From: Eledone cirrhosa
Lineage: Eukaryota
Length of the DNA: 64,000 bases
NCBI GenBank assembly: GCA_964016885.1
Contig: OZ024748.1
Location: 30,752,001-30,816,000, forward strand
Direction: 5' to 3'
Shown: one piece after another, positions 26,365-38,172 of the stretch
How positions within the stretch are numbered: the first letter of the stretch is position 1
How the letters are laid out: the number at the start of each line of letters is the position of its first letter
Made by a program: the position numbers and the translations under genes
Notes under the pieces: model-generated
What the model saw: only the letters and a program-made list of their open reading frames with translations
Database searches by the model: none
What the model was told of the DNA's origin: nothing

Positions 26365-26809
26365 CATGTGTATGTATATATATATATATGTATATATATA
26401 TATGTGTATATATATATATACATGTATGCATGTGTATGAATATGCGCGGAGACATAGAAATAATCGGGCTGGATACCCGATTGCACAGTTAAACCATTGG
26501 GAGGGAAGGACCCCTAGCCTTTGTCAGGGCATTCTTCTAGGAGAAGGTAACTCAGGAAACTGGGATAACTCCGACATAAAACCTGCAGCTCAGTAGTTAC
26601 TGATGATGTTGATCTTTTCTTCTTCTCGGGTTATAGCTACTGTCGCTCAGAGAGTGGGATTAGTTCAGTGCAAAGTCTTTCTCCACTTTAAAAAAATCTT
26701 CACACACAGGCAATACATCAATTGATAATTATTAATAATGTTATATCATGCAATGGCCATACTCAATAAAGAGGGGGTAGCCATCATATATAAAATATAC
26801 TATATATAT

Positions 26810-26841
<32 letters not shown>

Positions 26842-27039
26842 GTACATGTACATACATATATGTATACAGACATACAGTAGTATGTATATATATATACATA
26901 CATGCACACATATATATATGTACGTATGGATTCACCGAACATTTATTATAATGCTCGGTGTGTTTGTAAACAAACATCCCGTATTAAGCCGTAGTGTCTA
27001 GCAACCATCGTTGCTCGTTTGTTCAACACTGATAAAGGA

Positions 27040-27082
27040 ACGCTGTACTAGTTTCAAGCTTATTAGCTATCGTCAGCAACGT
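27040..27082 (-). ncRNA. Type I minimal hammerhead ribozyme motif
   Basis: acgttg CTGACGA t-agct-aata-agct-t GAAA cta GTA cagcgt. Confidence 0.8.
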
Positions 27083-27313
27083 ATACCTTCCTGCCAGATT
27101 GTTGAAGTATATACTTACCTTATGCATATTAACGGCTGTGTAGCCCAATTTGCATATCGAGTGGGTTAATCGGCCGGGTGCACCGAAAACGATAAACGGA
27201 AAAAATGAAACGTAATTTCATTTCCCACTCTTAGCAAATTGGGCTACTCAGCCGTTAATATGCATAAGGAAAGTATATACTTTCAGACGTTCAACAATCT
27301 GGCAAGAAGGTAT

Positions 27314-27356
27314 ACGTTGCTGATGATAGCTAATAAGCTTGAAACTAGTACAGCGT
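27314..27356 (+). ncRNA. Type I minimal hammerhead ribozyme motif, GUA cleavage after 27350
   Basis: acgttg CTGATGA t-agct-aata-agct-t GAAA cta GTA cagcgt; palindromic stem III ACTAGT. Confidence 0.8.
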
Positions 27357-27877
27357 TCCTTTATCAGTGTTGAACAAACGAGCAACGATGGTTGCTAGAC
27401 ACTACAGCTTAATACGGGATGTTTGTTTACAAACACACCGAGCATTATAATAAATGTTTGGTGAATCCATATGTACATATATATATGTGTGCATGTATAT
27501 ATATATACATACTACTGTATGTCTGTATACATATATGTATGTACGTGTACATACTTATATTTAAGTAACAGCCGTACTAAGAGTGGGAAATGAAATTTCG
27601 TTTCATTTTTTCCGTTTATATATATATATATATATATGTATTTGTTTTGCAAGGATTTTGATATGAAATCTTGTGTTGAAACAAATATTGTTATATTTGC
27701 GAAGGGTCATATTGTTATAATATTGCCAGAAATAATAATAAAACTCACTCACCATTTGGTTTGGATTGGTTTTCGCTCCTGTATCTTTTACACTTCCATA
27801 GTTAATTTATCTGGCAATCAATGTTTATCATTGATTAACCAATGGTTAAAAATACAGATATAAATATAAATATAATC

Positions 27878-27921
27878 TATCAAAGTTCTTTCATCACACA
27901 CCTGTGACATCATCAGTGGTA
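27878..27921 (-). ncRNA. Hammerhead motif in the Penelope pseudo-LTR (slightly decayed)
   Basis: tacca CTGATGA tgtcaca-ggtg-tgtgat GAAA gaa CTT tgata; better homologue at 39011-39055. Confidence 0.6.
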
Positions 27922-29820
27922 CTATTATGTTTCCTCCCATTGTAATGTCTACGCCATTTTTATTTTATTTATTTATCTATTCTTGTCTCTGTCTCTGTTT
28001 GCACATGTTTTCTGTTTGGTGTGTGTGTTCATGTCTGAGTCTGTGTGTTTGTATTCTATCTTTGTTCACTAGTGTGTGTTTATGTGTGGTTGTTGTTATT
28101 GTACTTCTGTATATTTATTTATTTATATTTCCATTAGGTCAGTATTGTGTGTTTGTGTATGGTGGGTGTTGTTATTCTATTCATTTTTTCTGTTCAACTT
28201 TGGTTTTCTTAGTTCTATTTTGGTTGCTTCTCTGATTTGACTATCTGTTGAGTAATTTCTATGTTTAGATATTATTTTAATTTCTATGTCGTCTATATTA
28301 CCGTCATATCTTTGTCTGCCGTGTTCATATAGTACCAAACCGTCTTTTTGTCCTTTTAGTTCCCCCCAGTGTTGGTCTATTCTTTCTTCTATGCTTCGAG
28401 CTGTCTCACCTATGTATGTCGTTGTCATGTTGCTGCAAGTACCCTCTGTACATTTTATGCTATAAACTACATTTCTAGTTTTACAATTTATTTGAGGATT
28501 TATTCTACATATAACACATTTCTTATTCGTACAGAGACTTTTCTGAAAGGGGTATGTTTTGCTGATCAGGGATTTTATGGTAGTTCCTGGCTTTTCTACC
28601 ACTTTGATCTTTAGATGCGTCTTTCTTAGGGCCTTTCTACATTGCTTAGCTAATTTACCTCCAGGGGTACCATCCACGAACATGACACTCTGGTATCTCT
28701 GGTTGTTGTACCATGAAGTGGCTTTCCTTATCTTATGTTTAGTCCTATCTATGCTATTCCATGATTTGCTCCTGTACAACGGGAAAATTCTTTTATGTCC
28801 ATTTCTATGAGGGTTTTATATTTCTCCATGGCTCCTTTGTACACTCTGATTCTGTCTCTTTGGTTGTAGCCAGAGAACTGCATGCGGTTGATGAAATGTT
28901 GGATGTGTCTTTCCATTTCAGTTGGATCGCACATGCGGGACACATTCTTCATCACTCTTACCAAGTCTACGATCAGAATATTAGACTTAGCACTATTGGA
29001 CATTGCTGAGTTTTTGAGTATAAGGTATTTGGAGGCCACGGGTTTAGCATAATGTGAGTGGAGAATTTGGGCCCTCTCGTTTATAGTGTTTAACCAGAGT
29101 TCAGTGTCTAATACTGGTAGTCTATTTTTAGGGTGTTTGGAAGGGTAGTCAATAGTTACTGTTATGCTCTTTTAGCGAGAGGTCTTTTGGCTGTTGTCTG
29201 TATTGGTAGTGGAGATTATATTCTTAAAGAAGATAGAGATGTAAGGCTGCGTGTTTATGTTTCATGGTAGCAAAAAAGATCAGAAGGCATATTTCAAAAC
29301 ATAATAAAGATTTATTTTCTTCTTCATATTAATACAAGTACAATGCGAGTGAAGAACTGCAAACATATTGCATAATCAAGTTGAATGAGAAATGTAATTC
29401 TCCGCAGAGTTATATATCGAGATTACCCTCGGCTTTAGAGGGCAAGATCAAGAAAATCAGGAAGCGAGTTACATGGTACTGCTCAGTTAAAAATCCCGGA
29501 TGTAACTGCGGGAGAATTGATAATTAGGCTTGAAATCGATTGCTGGGCGGAAGTCGTGCTTAGTATTCTTACGCCACCAACCCTAAGGGCTGGTGACTGA
29601 CCAAGCACGACCAAATTACTCTGCTGCGATAAAGTAGCATGGAATATGAACATCATTATCACATCTCCCATTTTCCTGAATATCAGTCCAGCATCGAATT
29701 GCTACCTTTATGGATTGCACCATTGTGAATCTCTCTTGGACGCCTTTCTGCTATTATTGTTCTATTTATTGTTATCGTTATTGTTCCTGTTATTTCTATT
29801 ATTATTATTTCTATCTCTAA

Positions 29821-30020
29821 GGGCAGTATAGGTAGAGGGTCGGACGCCATGCTTTGACGCATAGTTACGGCCCTTTACATTCTGAGTTCAAATCCCGCCG
29901 AGGTTAACTTTGCCTTTCATCCTTACGGGGTTGATAAAATAAAGAACCAGTAATGCACTGGGGTAATTGCTGGCCTTGTGCCAAAAGTAGAAACAATTTG
30001 TGCCAAAAGTAGAAACAATT
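29821..30020 (+). mobile_element. tRNA-derived SINE copy with duplicated 3' end
   Basis: family of 1631-1817; TSD attattt(c/t)tatctct on both sides. Confidence 0.85.
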
Positions 30021-30576
30021 ATTTTTATCTCTCCTGCTGTCCCTGTTGTTATTGTTATGACTATTATTATTATAGTCGTTATTTCTATTGCCGAATTTAT
30101 TGTTTATGTTACCACTTCCGTTGTTATGGTTATTACTGTTCGTATTGTTGTTACTTATGTTCGTATTCCAACGGATTTTAGTGAAGGACTTTTCAATTTC
30201 CTACAAGCATCGTATTGGGTTTACATTATTATAAATAATGAACTTTGGTGGTAGTTGTATAATATGTTGTTCTTGTTCGTTGGTTATAGTGTTACCATAG
30301 ATATTTAGTGGATGGTCTTTGGTAAACTCTGTAGGTAACATCTACCATATGAATATTGTCAATCTTGTCAGGATATTTTTGTAAGTTTTCTTGTCTCTTT
30401 TCCTGTTGTTTTTTGTCCTTCATCCATTTTAATTTTTTATTAAAATGTTTATTGCATTCGTTTTGAGCATATTTTGCTTCATGTCAAATGATATTCATGA
30501 GTTTATTTATCTTGTTTGGTGTGGTGAGATTTTGAATTTTCTGTTTGTAAAGTTCATTAGTTTTTTTTATATGTTA

Positions 30577-31474
30577 TCTATATATATAAAACTGTGGTTG
30601 TCTGTCTGTCTATCGATTTTTGGCACACATCTCCTCTTAGAATCTCTCACGGAATTGCACCGAAATTGCTATACTTGTACATTGAGCCCTAGCGAAGACA
30701 CCGGAAAAAAAATATTTCAAATTGACCCACCCTATGTGACGAAATCGAATATAATGTATCGATTTTTGAGCGTAAGTTATCAGTTATTTCCCTTTGTTCT
30801 GTTTACATTGAGCGTCTTACGTAAAAAATTACGCTGGCTTTCTCAGCGTTTAAAATGACATTAACAGTTGTCGAGCCAGCAAAATATTGACCTGCAAAAT
30901 TCATCAGTTCGAACACTAAGCTTCCGTTTTGCTTCATTTCCATTTAAAAGCATTTTAAAACAATATTTTTACTTGAAAACAAGTCTATTTAAAGACTACG
31001 TAAAACAAGCAAATATTTCGTCGTTAGGCGTGCAGACAGACAGTCGTGCAGACAGACAGTCGTGCAGAGAGGTGATATAGGCGTGCAGACAGACAGTCGT
31101 GCAGAAAGGTGATATAGGCGTGCAGACAGACAGTCGTGCAGAGAGGTGATATAGGCGTGCAGACAGACATAACTGATAATTTGGTTACGCTAATGTTTTT
31201 CTCTGCGTTGCAGTGTTTACATTTTCGATCTTTGTTAATAAATAACCAGTGCAGTTTCTATCCCCAGCATCCTCTTTTGTTATAACATTCGGGTTATCGT
31301 TATGTTTTCTTAACTTCATAAGGCATATTGTTGGTTGAGGGAATATTAATCAAAAACACCACATGCAAGTCTGCACAGTAGACACTACAGTTTTTAAGCC
31401 AAGAAAGAAACTTAACATTGTAACTTTAACACAGCTACTGAGCGACCCCGAGCAACGCCGGGCTTTACTGCTAG
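30577..31474 (+). mobile_element. Non-autonomous Helitron with internal 37-bp tandem repeat (31027-31168)
   Basis: 5' TC (a|tctatatatataaaa), subterminal hairpin cccgagcaacgccggg, 3' CTAG followed by T; A/T insertion site, no TSD. Confidence 0.85.
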
Positions 31475-31704
31475 TTCTTTATAAATTAATCGCTAACGTG
31501 CGTTTTAGGTGCTAGGCTTGTTTTTTTTTGTTTTGTGGTAAATTATCTATTTTGTTTGAGATGGCTGTTGAAGGAATGGTTTTTGCTTCTGTATATTTTA
31601 TATCTCCATAGTTAATTTATCTGGCACTCAATGTTTATCATTGATTGGCCAACTGTTATAGTCTATCACTATATGTAACAACATGTTTCCTTCAAAATAT
31701 ACAG

Positions 31705-33507
31705 AATGGGGTAATACCAAATGACTGGCGTAGCATCATCATCGTTAACTGTTACAAGGGCAAAGGAGGTGGCCTAGATAGAGGAAACTATAGGGGCATT
31801 AGTTGACCAGGTCATGAAGGTCACAGAAAGAGTTATTACTCAACTGATTAGAGACCGAATTGATCTAGATGAAATGCAGTTTGGGTTTGTGCCAGGTAAA
31901 AGCACCACGGATGCTCTTTTCCTTGTACAGCAACTACCAGAGAAGTACCTGGCTAAAAGTAAACCCCTCTACTTAGCTTTTGTTGACTTAGAGAAAGCCT
32001 TTGACAGAGTCCCATGCACCTTAATCTGGTGGGCCCTTAGAAAACTAGGAGTAGATGAATGGCCTGTGAGAACTATACAAGCCATGTATAGAAGAACAGT
32101 CAACAAGGTTAGAATTAACAATGAATATAGTGAAGAATTTAGCGTAATAGTAGGTGTTCACCAAGGCTCAGTCCTTAGCCTGCTCCTGTTTATTATTGTT
32201 CTACAGGCTATAACAGAAGGGTTTAAGACTGGCTGCCCATGGGAACTTGTATATGCAGATGATCTAACTCTCAGAACTGAATCAATGGCTGAACTAGAGA
32301 AGAAATTCCAAACATGGAAGCATGGCCTAGAATCAAAAGGCCTTAGAGTTAACTTCTGTAAGGCTAAAGTTCTAGTATGTAGAAAGGAGAATATGGCACA
32401 GGTGCCCTCTGGGAAATGGCCATGCTCAGTGTGTAAGAAGGGAGTAGGTGGAAATTACATTCTATGCCCTGAATTCAAACTATGGGTACAAAAAAAAGAT
32501 GTAGTGGGATCACAGGCAAGCTATCTAAGAATGTAGATTTTATATGTGGCCGATGCTCAGGTGCAGTGAGTAGCAAGGGCCAACTGGATGCTATCTCCTT
32601 CTACTGCCCAGATGGTTCTATAGAAATAGTAGACACTTTCTGTAAAATGGGTGACAAAATCAGCAATGGAGGAGGGTGCTCTGAAAGTACAGCTAGAGTT
32701 AGAACAGGATGAAAAAAGTTCAGAGAGCTAACACTGCTATATATGAACGGCGATATTACATGGTAGTGAGACCTGAGCATTGTGTGCTGAAGACTTGTGT
32801 AGATTAGAAAGAAATGAAGCTTCCATGCTCCGATGGATGTGTAATAGTAATGTACGCGAACGGTGAAGCATAAATGAATTGAGAGAGAGAGACTAAGCAT
32901 AAGAGGTATCAAATGTTGTGTGCTGGAGAGGAGATTGCGTTGGTATGGACCTGTGATGCATATGAAGGACAACAGCTGTATAAAAGAGTGCAGAGTGATC
33001 AAAATTGATGGAAGCTACGGAGTGGGGAGACCAAGAAAAACCTGGAACAAGGTGATAAAATCTGACTTTGCTCACTTATACCTCTCTAAGACAATGTCTC
33101 TGGATTGAGACCTTTGGTGCTACACAGTTGTACAGAAGACCTGCCTTCCCTCGCATACAAGCTTAAACCTACAGTCAGTAGGCACCTCTTTACCCAATAT
33201 ACACCCCACCTCACACACCCTACTCCATCTTCCCACTTCCGTCCACTGTAAAGTGGTCATGTCGGTGACACAACAAAAAGCACCCAGTCCACACTGTAAA
33301 GTGATCATGTAGGAGACACAGTAAAAAGGCTCCCAGTCCACACTGCAAATGTGGCTGGTGTAAGGAAGGGCATCCAGCTGTAGAAAACCTGCCAGGGACA
33401 GTTATGTACGAGCGACACACGGTCACCCGACCAATCTCACCCCAAGTGGAACAAAACAGCACAACCCATGCTAGCATGGAAGATGGACGTTAAACGATGA
33501 TGATGAT
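31705..33507 (+). mobile_element. 5'-truncated, decayed RTE-clade LINE with 3' UTR and (GAT)n tail
   Basis: QFGFVPGKST, FVDLEKAFDRVP, YADD; multiple stops and frameshifts. Confidence 0.9.
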
Positions 33508-33691
33508 ATATATGAAAAAAATATCGTTTTTTACAAAAAACAATATAAAAATTGGAAAGAGGTAGGTGGAGAAGATAAAACAGCTCAATATATATACATG
33601 GTGCTCAATATATATATATGGTGCTCATGCATGGCTAAAAGAAATTAAAGCATTAAAATAACAATATAAATATGATATAATATAATACTAT

Positions 33692-33885
33692 AATTGTTTC
33701 TACTTTTGGCACAAGGCCAGCAATTATCCAGTACATTACTGGTACTTTATTTTATCGACCCCGTAAGGATGGAAGGTAAAGCTAACCTCGGTGGGATTTC
33801 AAGTCAGATTGTAAAGGAGTCGTAACTTTATGCTGCAAAGCATGGCGTCCGACCCTTTACCGATACTGCCAATCCACTGCCATCA
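33692..33885 (-). mobile_element. tRNA-derived SINE copy
   Basis: family of 1631-1817; others near 36181-36281, 36714-36925, 40530-40755, 48835-48936. Confidence 0.8.
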
Positions 33886-33921
33886 ATACAATAAAATAAA
33901 TATTTTAAGATTTTAACTTAC

Positions 33922-33955
33922 AAATAAGCTGGAGACCTTTTTGTTGTAACATCAT
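33922..33955 (-). CDS. Gene A exon 1 (candidate start)
   Basis: ATG ATG TTA CAA CAA AAA GGT CTC CAG CTT ATT T|gtaagt; joins exon 2 to give signal peptide MMLQQKGLQLIFFLSVLWKFENG. Confidence 0.55.
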
Positions 33956-34176
33956 GACTTCAGTAGGTTGTAAACCTATATGTAACTAGCACCACTTAAT
34001 TAAGATCAATACATGAGGTTTGTATTCGATAGGTATTTTTTCCATCAATCGAAGTGTTTATTGTAGTTGTTCAATGAAAGGTTTATTGACTTGTTGGTGT
34101 AAATAACTTAAATGCAGGGTATATATTATAGATAAAAGAAATCAAAGAACGCCTATATACTCAAACAATTTTTATT

Positions 34177-34223
34177 CGCTGACAATGTTTCATCCATACC
34201 ATGGGGCAGGAATCATCAGAGCG
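34177..34223 (-). ncRNA. Type I hammerhead ribozyme motif
   Basis: cgct CTGATGA t-tcc...gga-t GAAA catt GTC agcg. Confidence 0.7.
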
Positions 34224-34469
34224 TTATAAACAAAAATATAGTCTTGAATATAAACTCTACCAAGCTTGGTATCCAGAACAGTAGATATACAGAACAGGAT
34301 AATAAGAGGGAGGGAGATTGGAGATGAGAAGGATGGAGAGAATGCGTAATGGGGTTGTTAGTCAACATTATAGCAAAATATGAGAATACAAGCAGATTTT
34401 CTCACAAGAAACTGAGGCATGTGAAGATACACAAAAGCAATTAAAAGCAATTATTAGCACCAAATTACC

Positions 34470-34750
34470 ACAAACACACCAACAGTGAAAAAGTATGTTG
34501 GCCTTAATTGTGAAACATTAAGCTCATTGAAGACACACTGTACAATTAAATCAGGACAAACATTTTTGTAAAAAATCATTTCACCTGTTCAAGAAAAAAT
34601 TTGATATATGGCATTATATGTAAAGGATGTAATAAGGACTATATAGGGCAAACCAAACTCACCTTCAGAAACAGAATGACAATTCATTGCCAACAATTGG
34701 GAGATCCCTCAACAAAACAGATATCACTTAGTGAGCATTTAGATTTGTGA
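34470..34750 (+). mobile_element. Penelope-like (Neptune-type) GIY-YIG endonuclease remnant
   Basis: 34574-34750 translates NHFTCSRKNLIYGIICKGCNKDYIGQTKLTFRNRMTIH...SEHL (absent from the ORF track). Confidence 0.8.
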
Positions 34751-34794
34751 CCAAGTCAACAAAAGCTAAGTAGAGGGGTTTAATTTTAGCTAGG

Positions 34795-34994
34795 TACTTC
34801 TCCTGTAGTTATTGTACAAGGAAAAGTGCGTCTGTGGTACTTTTACCTGACACAAACCCAAACTGCATTTCATCTAGAGCAATTCCCTCTCTGATTAGTT
34901 GCGCTATAACTCTTTCTGTGACCTTCATGACCTGGTCAACTAACTTAATGCCTCTATAGTTTTCCCTATCTAGAGCATCTTCTTTACCCTTGTA
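34795..34994 (-). mobile_element. RTE LINE fragment
   Basis: reverse complement of the KGKGDALDR...QFGFVSGKST region. Confidence 0.8.
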
Positions 34995-35317
34995 TATATA
35001 TATGTCTCATTATCATCATCATCATCATCATCGTTTAATGTCTATTTCCCACGTTATGAGGAATTATCATGTGGTTACTCGCCAACAGTCTACCCTTTAC
35101 AACCCCTGTGTATTGACCGTAAAAGTACGCGATAATTTTCCCTTTTGAAAATTGTAACTGGTAGCAGTCAGTTTGGGGAATTTGTTTCGTGCACTGAGGG
35201 AGTCTCGTGACAAGCTGACAACCTCACAGTTTGAGTGCACTTTAATTGCACTTTAGCTGCACACCAGTCGGTGAAACGCCGCAGTAGGGACTTTTAAAAA
35301 AAATTTGGTATTTTTTG

Positions 35318-35346
35318 TCTATTTGCTCTTCACACTTATAAACAAG

Positions 35347-35408
<62 letters not shown>

Positions 35409-35437
35409 CTTGTTTATAAGTGTGAAGAGCAAATAGA
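35318..35437. repeat. Perfect palindrome centred on (TA)n
   Basis: tctatttgctcttcacacttataaacaagtatatac-(TA)n-gtatatacttgtttataagtgtgaagagcaaataga. Confidence 0.9.
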
Positions 35438-35551
35438 ACCAGTGCGTACTCACACTCTATGCAAATTAGTCTGCCCACTACTAATTTTCATAGAAAAAGC
35501 ATATAACGATATGTGCTTTTACAATTCTCCAGAAAGGCCGGTAGATAGGTA

Positions 35552-35596
35552 AATATTGCTGATGAGTTGTAACAACAACGAAACTAGTTCAATATT
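35552..35596 (+). ncRNA. Type I minimal hammerhead ribozyme motif
   Basis: aatattg CTGATGA gttg-taacaa-caac GAAA cta GTT caatatt; 7-bp stem I, canonical G-C closing pair in stem II. Confidence 0.8.
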
Positions 35597-35871
35597 CCTT
35601 GTCTGGCTTTCTGGAGAATAGAGGGAAGGTGTTTCCTCGAAAACCAGTATGACTCTAAAAACCGGTTTGTCTGTGTGTTTACATACAGAATAGCTGCGTT
35701 GCTCACAGTAAAGCAACCAGTGAAAGACTTGTTACATCTACATATGTATACGTGTGTGTATTCATATGCACACTAGTATTTCAGTATGCATATGTAGATG
35801 TACATTTTTAACTTAATTGTTTAAGCGTCAGTCATACAAAAGTGAGTTACAAACGAATGTACATTTTTAAC

Positions 35872-35917
<46 letters not shown>

Positions 35918-35982
35918 AAGAAGGTGTGGTAAGGTACCAGGTGAACTATAACGCACCAGAGTACTTGATACTTAGAGTAGTA

Positions 35983-36061
35983 GATGGCAGAGCTCTGGCC
36001 ATTTCAACAGCTAGATCCGAACTTTGGATCTAGCTGTCGAAATGGCCAGAGCTCTGCCATC
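35983..36061. repeat. 36-bp-arm hairpin within a (TA)n-bounded element related to 52109-52295
   Basis: gatggcagagctctggccatttcaacagctagatcc-gaacttt-ggatctagctgtcgaaatggccagagctctgccatc. Confidence 0.85.
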
Positions 36062-37540
36062 GGGGTCCTGACTCTTTTCCTACATATATATATATTTATA
36101 TTTAAAGAATGCAGCAAGCAGGGTTTGAAAATTGAATTAGAGGTCTTCGCCATAACTTTGACTTAATAAAATAGTCTCGTAATTGTTTCTACTTTTGGCA
36201 CAAGGCCAGCAATTACCTCAGTGCATTACTGGTACTTTATATTATCGACCCTGTAAGAATGAAAGGCAAAGTTAACCTCGAACAGGGCATATAAACCTAC
36301 ACATTTAAATGTTGCAGTTTGTAAAGGGGAAGAAAGTACTCAACACATGGTGTAATGTATATTGTTTATTAAAACTATTATTTGAATTATTAACAGAAAG
36401 AGAAGAGAAAACAAGGGGAAAAAATAAGGTAAGAAATGGAAAACAGAACACAAGAGAGAGAAGTAAAAAAAAAAAAAAAGAATAAGAGAATTAGAGTGAA
36501 ATAGAAAGAGTGAGGGAAACAAAGAAAAGAAGAAAAATGGTAGTAATTAAAAAGACAGAAGTCTTAGGATGAAAAAGAAGGAAAATAGAGAAAGATGGAA
36601 AAAGATAAAGAGAAACAAAAGAAAAAAGAATAAAATACAATAATTCCAAATTTTCATAAATAAAAGTATATAAATATATATATATTTTATAAAATATCAA
36701 ATAATCTTGTAAGAATTGTTTCTAATTTAAGCACAAAGCCATTTTGGTGGAAGAGGAAATTGATTTAATCGACCCTAGTTCTTGACTGGTACTTTATTTT
36801 TATCGATCCTTGAGAGATGAAAGATAAAGTTTACCTCAGTGGGATTTGAATTCTGGATGTAAAGAACAGAAACAAATGCTGCAAAGATTTTTGTCCAAAG
36901 GTCTAATGATTTTGTCAATCCACTGAGCTTTGTAAAAATGACATTTCTTCTTCAATCAATAGATTGAACAGCTTGCACAGATTCCCTTGACTCTCTGCCA
37001 CCATGCAGTTCTATTGTTCCTTATATTCAGCAGGTCAGAGGGATTGCAGTTTATGTTGTGTCAAATCTGCTTCATACAGGTCTTGGCTTGTCATCTGCTA
37101 GCTTTCCTTGTGTAGGTTCCCACAAAACAATTTCGTCTTTAGCTTTCCAGCAATTCACTCCAAATCTAATGCTATGCTCTTTGATGATGTCTGATACTGG
37201 ACAAAGATTCCCAAACTGTCAATCATTGGTCAGATGATCTCTCCAAGTGACATTGAAAGCCGCTTCTTCAATGCAGTGTATATTCTAAAGGCAACACTTA
37301 ATCTTTTCATTACGATATTTCTAATGACAGACACTACCTAGGATTTCTCAAAAAATAATCAACAATTTTGAAGGTATTTAGTAACATAACTAACTTTTTT
37401 CATTATTAAATTGGTGTTTTGAGGATAATTTAACAAAAGTTCTTATAAAGAAATATGATGAAAAGTTTTTAGATAAATATAAACACTTTAAAGAAAACAG
37501 TTTATATCATAGAACCAGAAGTGATTTGATATAAAAATCC

Positions 37541-37744
37541 TTAAAAATTATATCCATATATTTGACATCCATTTTGAGAATCACTTATATAGTAAAAAGC
37601 AAAGCAACCATAATATTGCATGCAGAAGAGGGCACATTCCAATCTTGTTGGATTTGGAATTTCCAGTGTTAGACTCAAAGCTATATAAGGGTTGTAGCTT
37701 AATGAAAAATAACTATTAAACTTATTTAGCTTCTTAAAAAAATC
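37541..37744 (-). CDS. Gene B terminal exon: PAN/Apple-like domain (needs -1 in the T7 run to stay in phase)
   Basis: acceptor ttttttttcacag; FFKKLNKF...TRLECALFCMQYYGCFAFYY...GCQIYGYNF*. Confidence 0.7.
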   Translation of the reverse strand, partial: DFFKKLNKFNSYFSLSYNPYIALSLTLEIPNPTRLECALFCMQYYGCFAFYYISDSQNGCQIYGYNF

Positions 37745-37917
37745 CTGTGAAAAAAAAGAAACAAACAAATTAATAAACAAATATAGAAATTATATACAAA
37801 AAACAAAAAAATAAAACAAAGAAAAACAGTTGAATTATTTTGATAAAAAAAACACATTCATTAAAAAACTAGTGTATTGTGCCATTGATAATGACACTAA
37901 ATATACTGATAGAATAG

Positions 37918-38172
37918 TGGATTGGCAGTATCTGTAGAGCACCGGACATCATGCTTCTTGGCATACAGTTACGATCCTTTATATTTTGATTTCCCACCAA
38001 AGTTAGCTTTGCCTTTTATTCTTACGGTAAGAATTGTTTCGTAAGAATAAAAGGCAAAGCTAACTTTGGTGGGAAATCAAAATATAAGAACTTTTGTACC
38101 AGTAAAACACTGGGGTCAATTTAATTGACTTCCTCCAACAAAATTGATGGCCTTGTGCTTAAGTCAGAAACT
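37918..38172 (+). mobile_element. SINE copy containing an internal 46-bp inverted duplication (37981-38085)
   Basis: atattttgatttcccaccaaagttagctttgccttttattcttacg followed by its exact reverse complement. Confidence 0.8.

Larger units (their letters stand above)
26840..27618. mobile_element. Head-to-head inverted repeat (arms ~26840-27152, ~27234-27553) with a hammerhead in each arm, bounded by (TA)n
   Basis: arms are close reverse complements; 27578-27618 is an inverted copy of spacer 27192-27233. Confidence 0.8.
27650..31660 (-). mobile_element. Decayed Penelope-like element (C-terminal GIY-YIG type) with pseudo-LTR direct repeats; RT core missing; SINE and Helitron inserted
   Basis: 28177-28779: CTNKKCVIC linker plus VVYSIKC...YIGETARSIEERIDQH; 28749-29170: RT C-terminus TIDYPSKHPKNRLPVLD...HYAKP; 30150-30330 reads IYGN...LPPKF...EIEKSFTKIRW; 27768-27850 repeated at 31579-31660. 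Confidence 0.8.

Noticed and set aside
26440-26710. Possible RTE 5' UTR with HDV-like ribozyme (ctaggagaaggtaactc)
   Set aside because: Could not build the nested double pseudoknot by eye; no linked ORF
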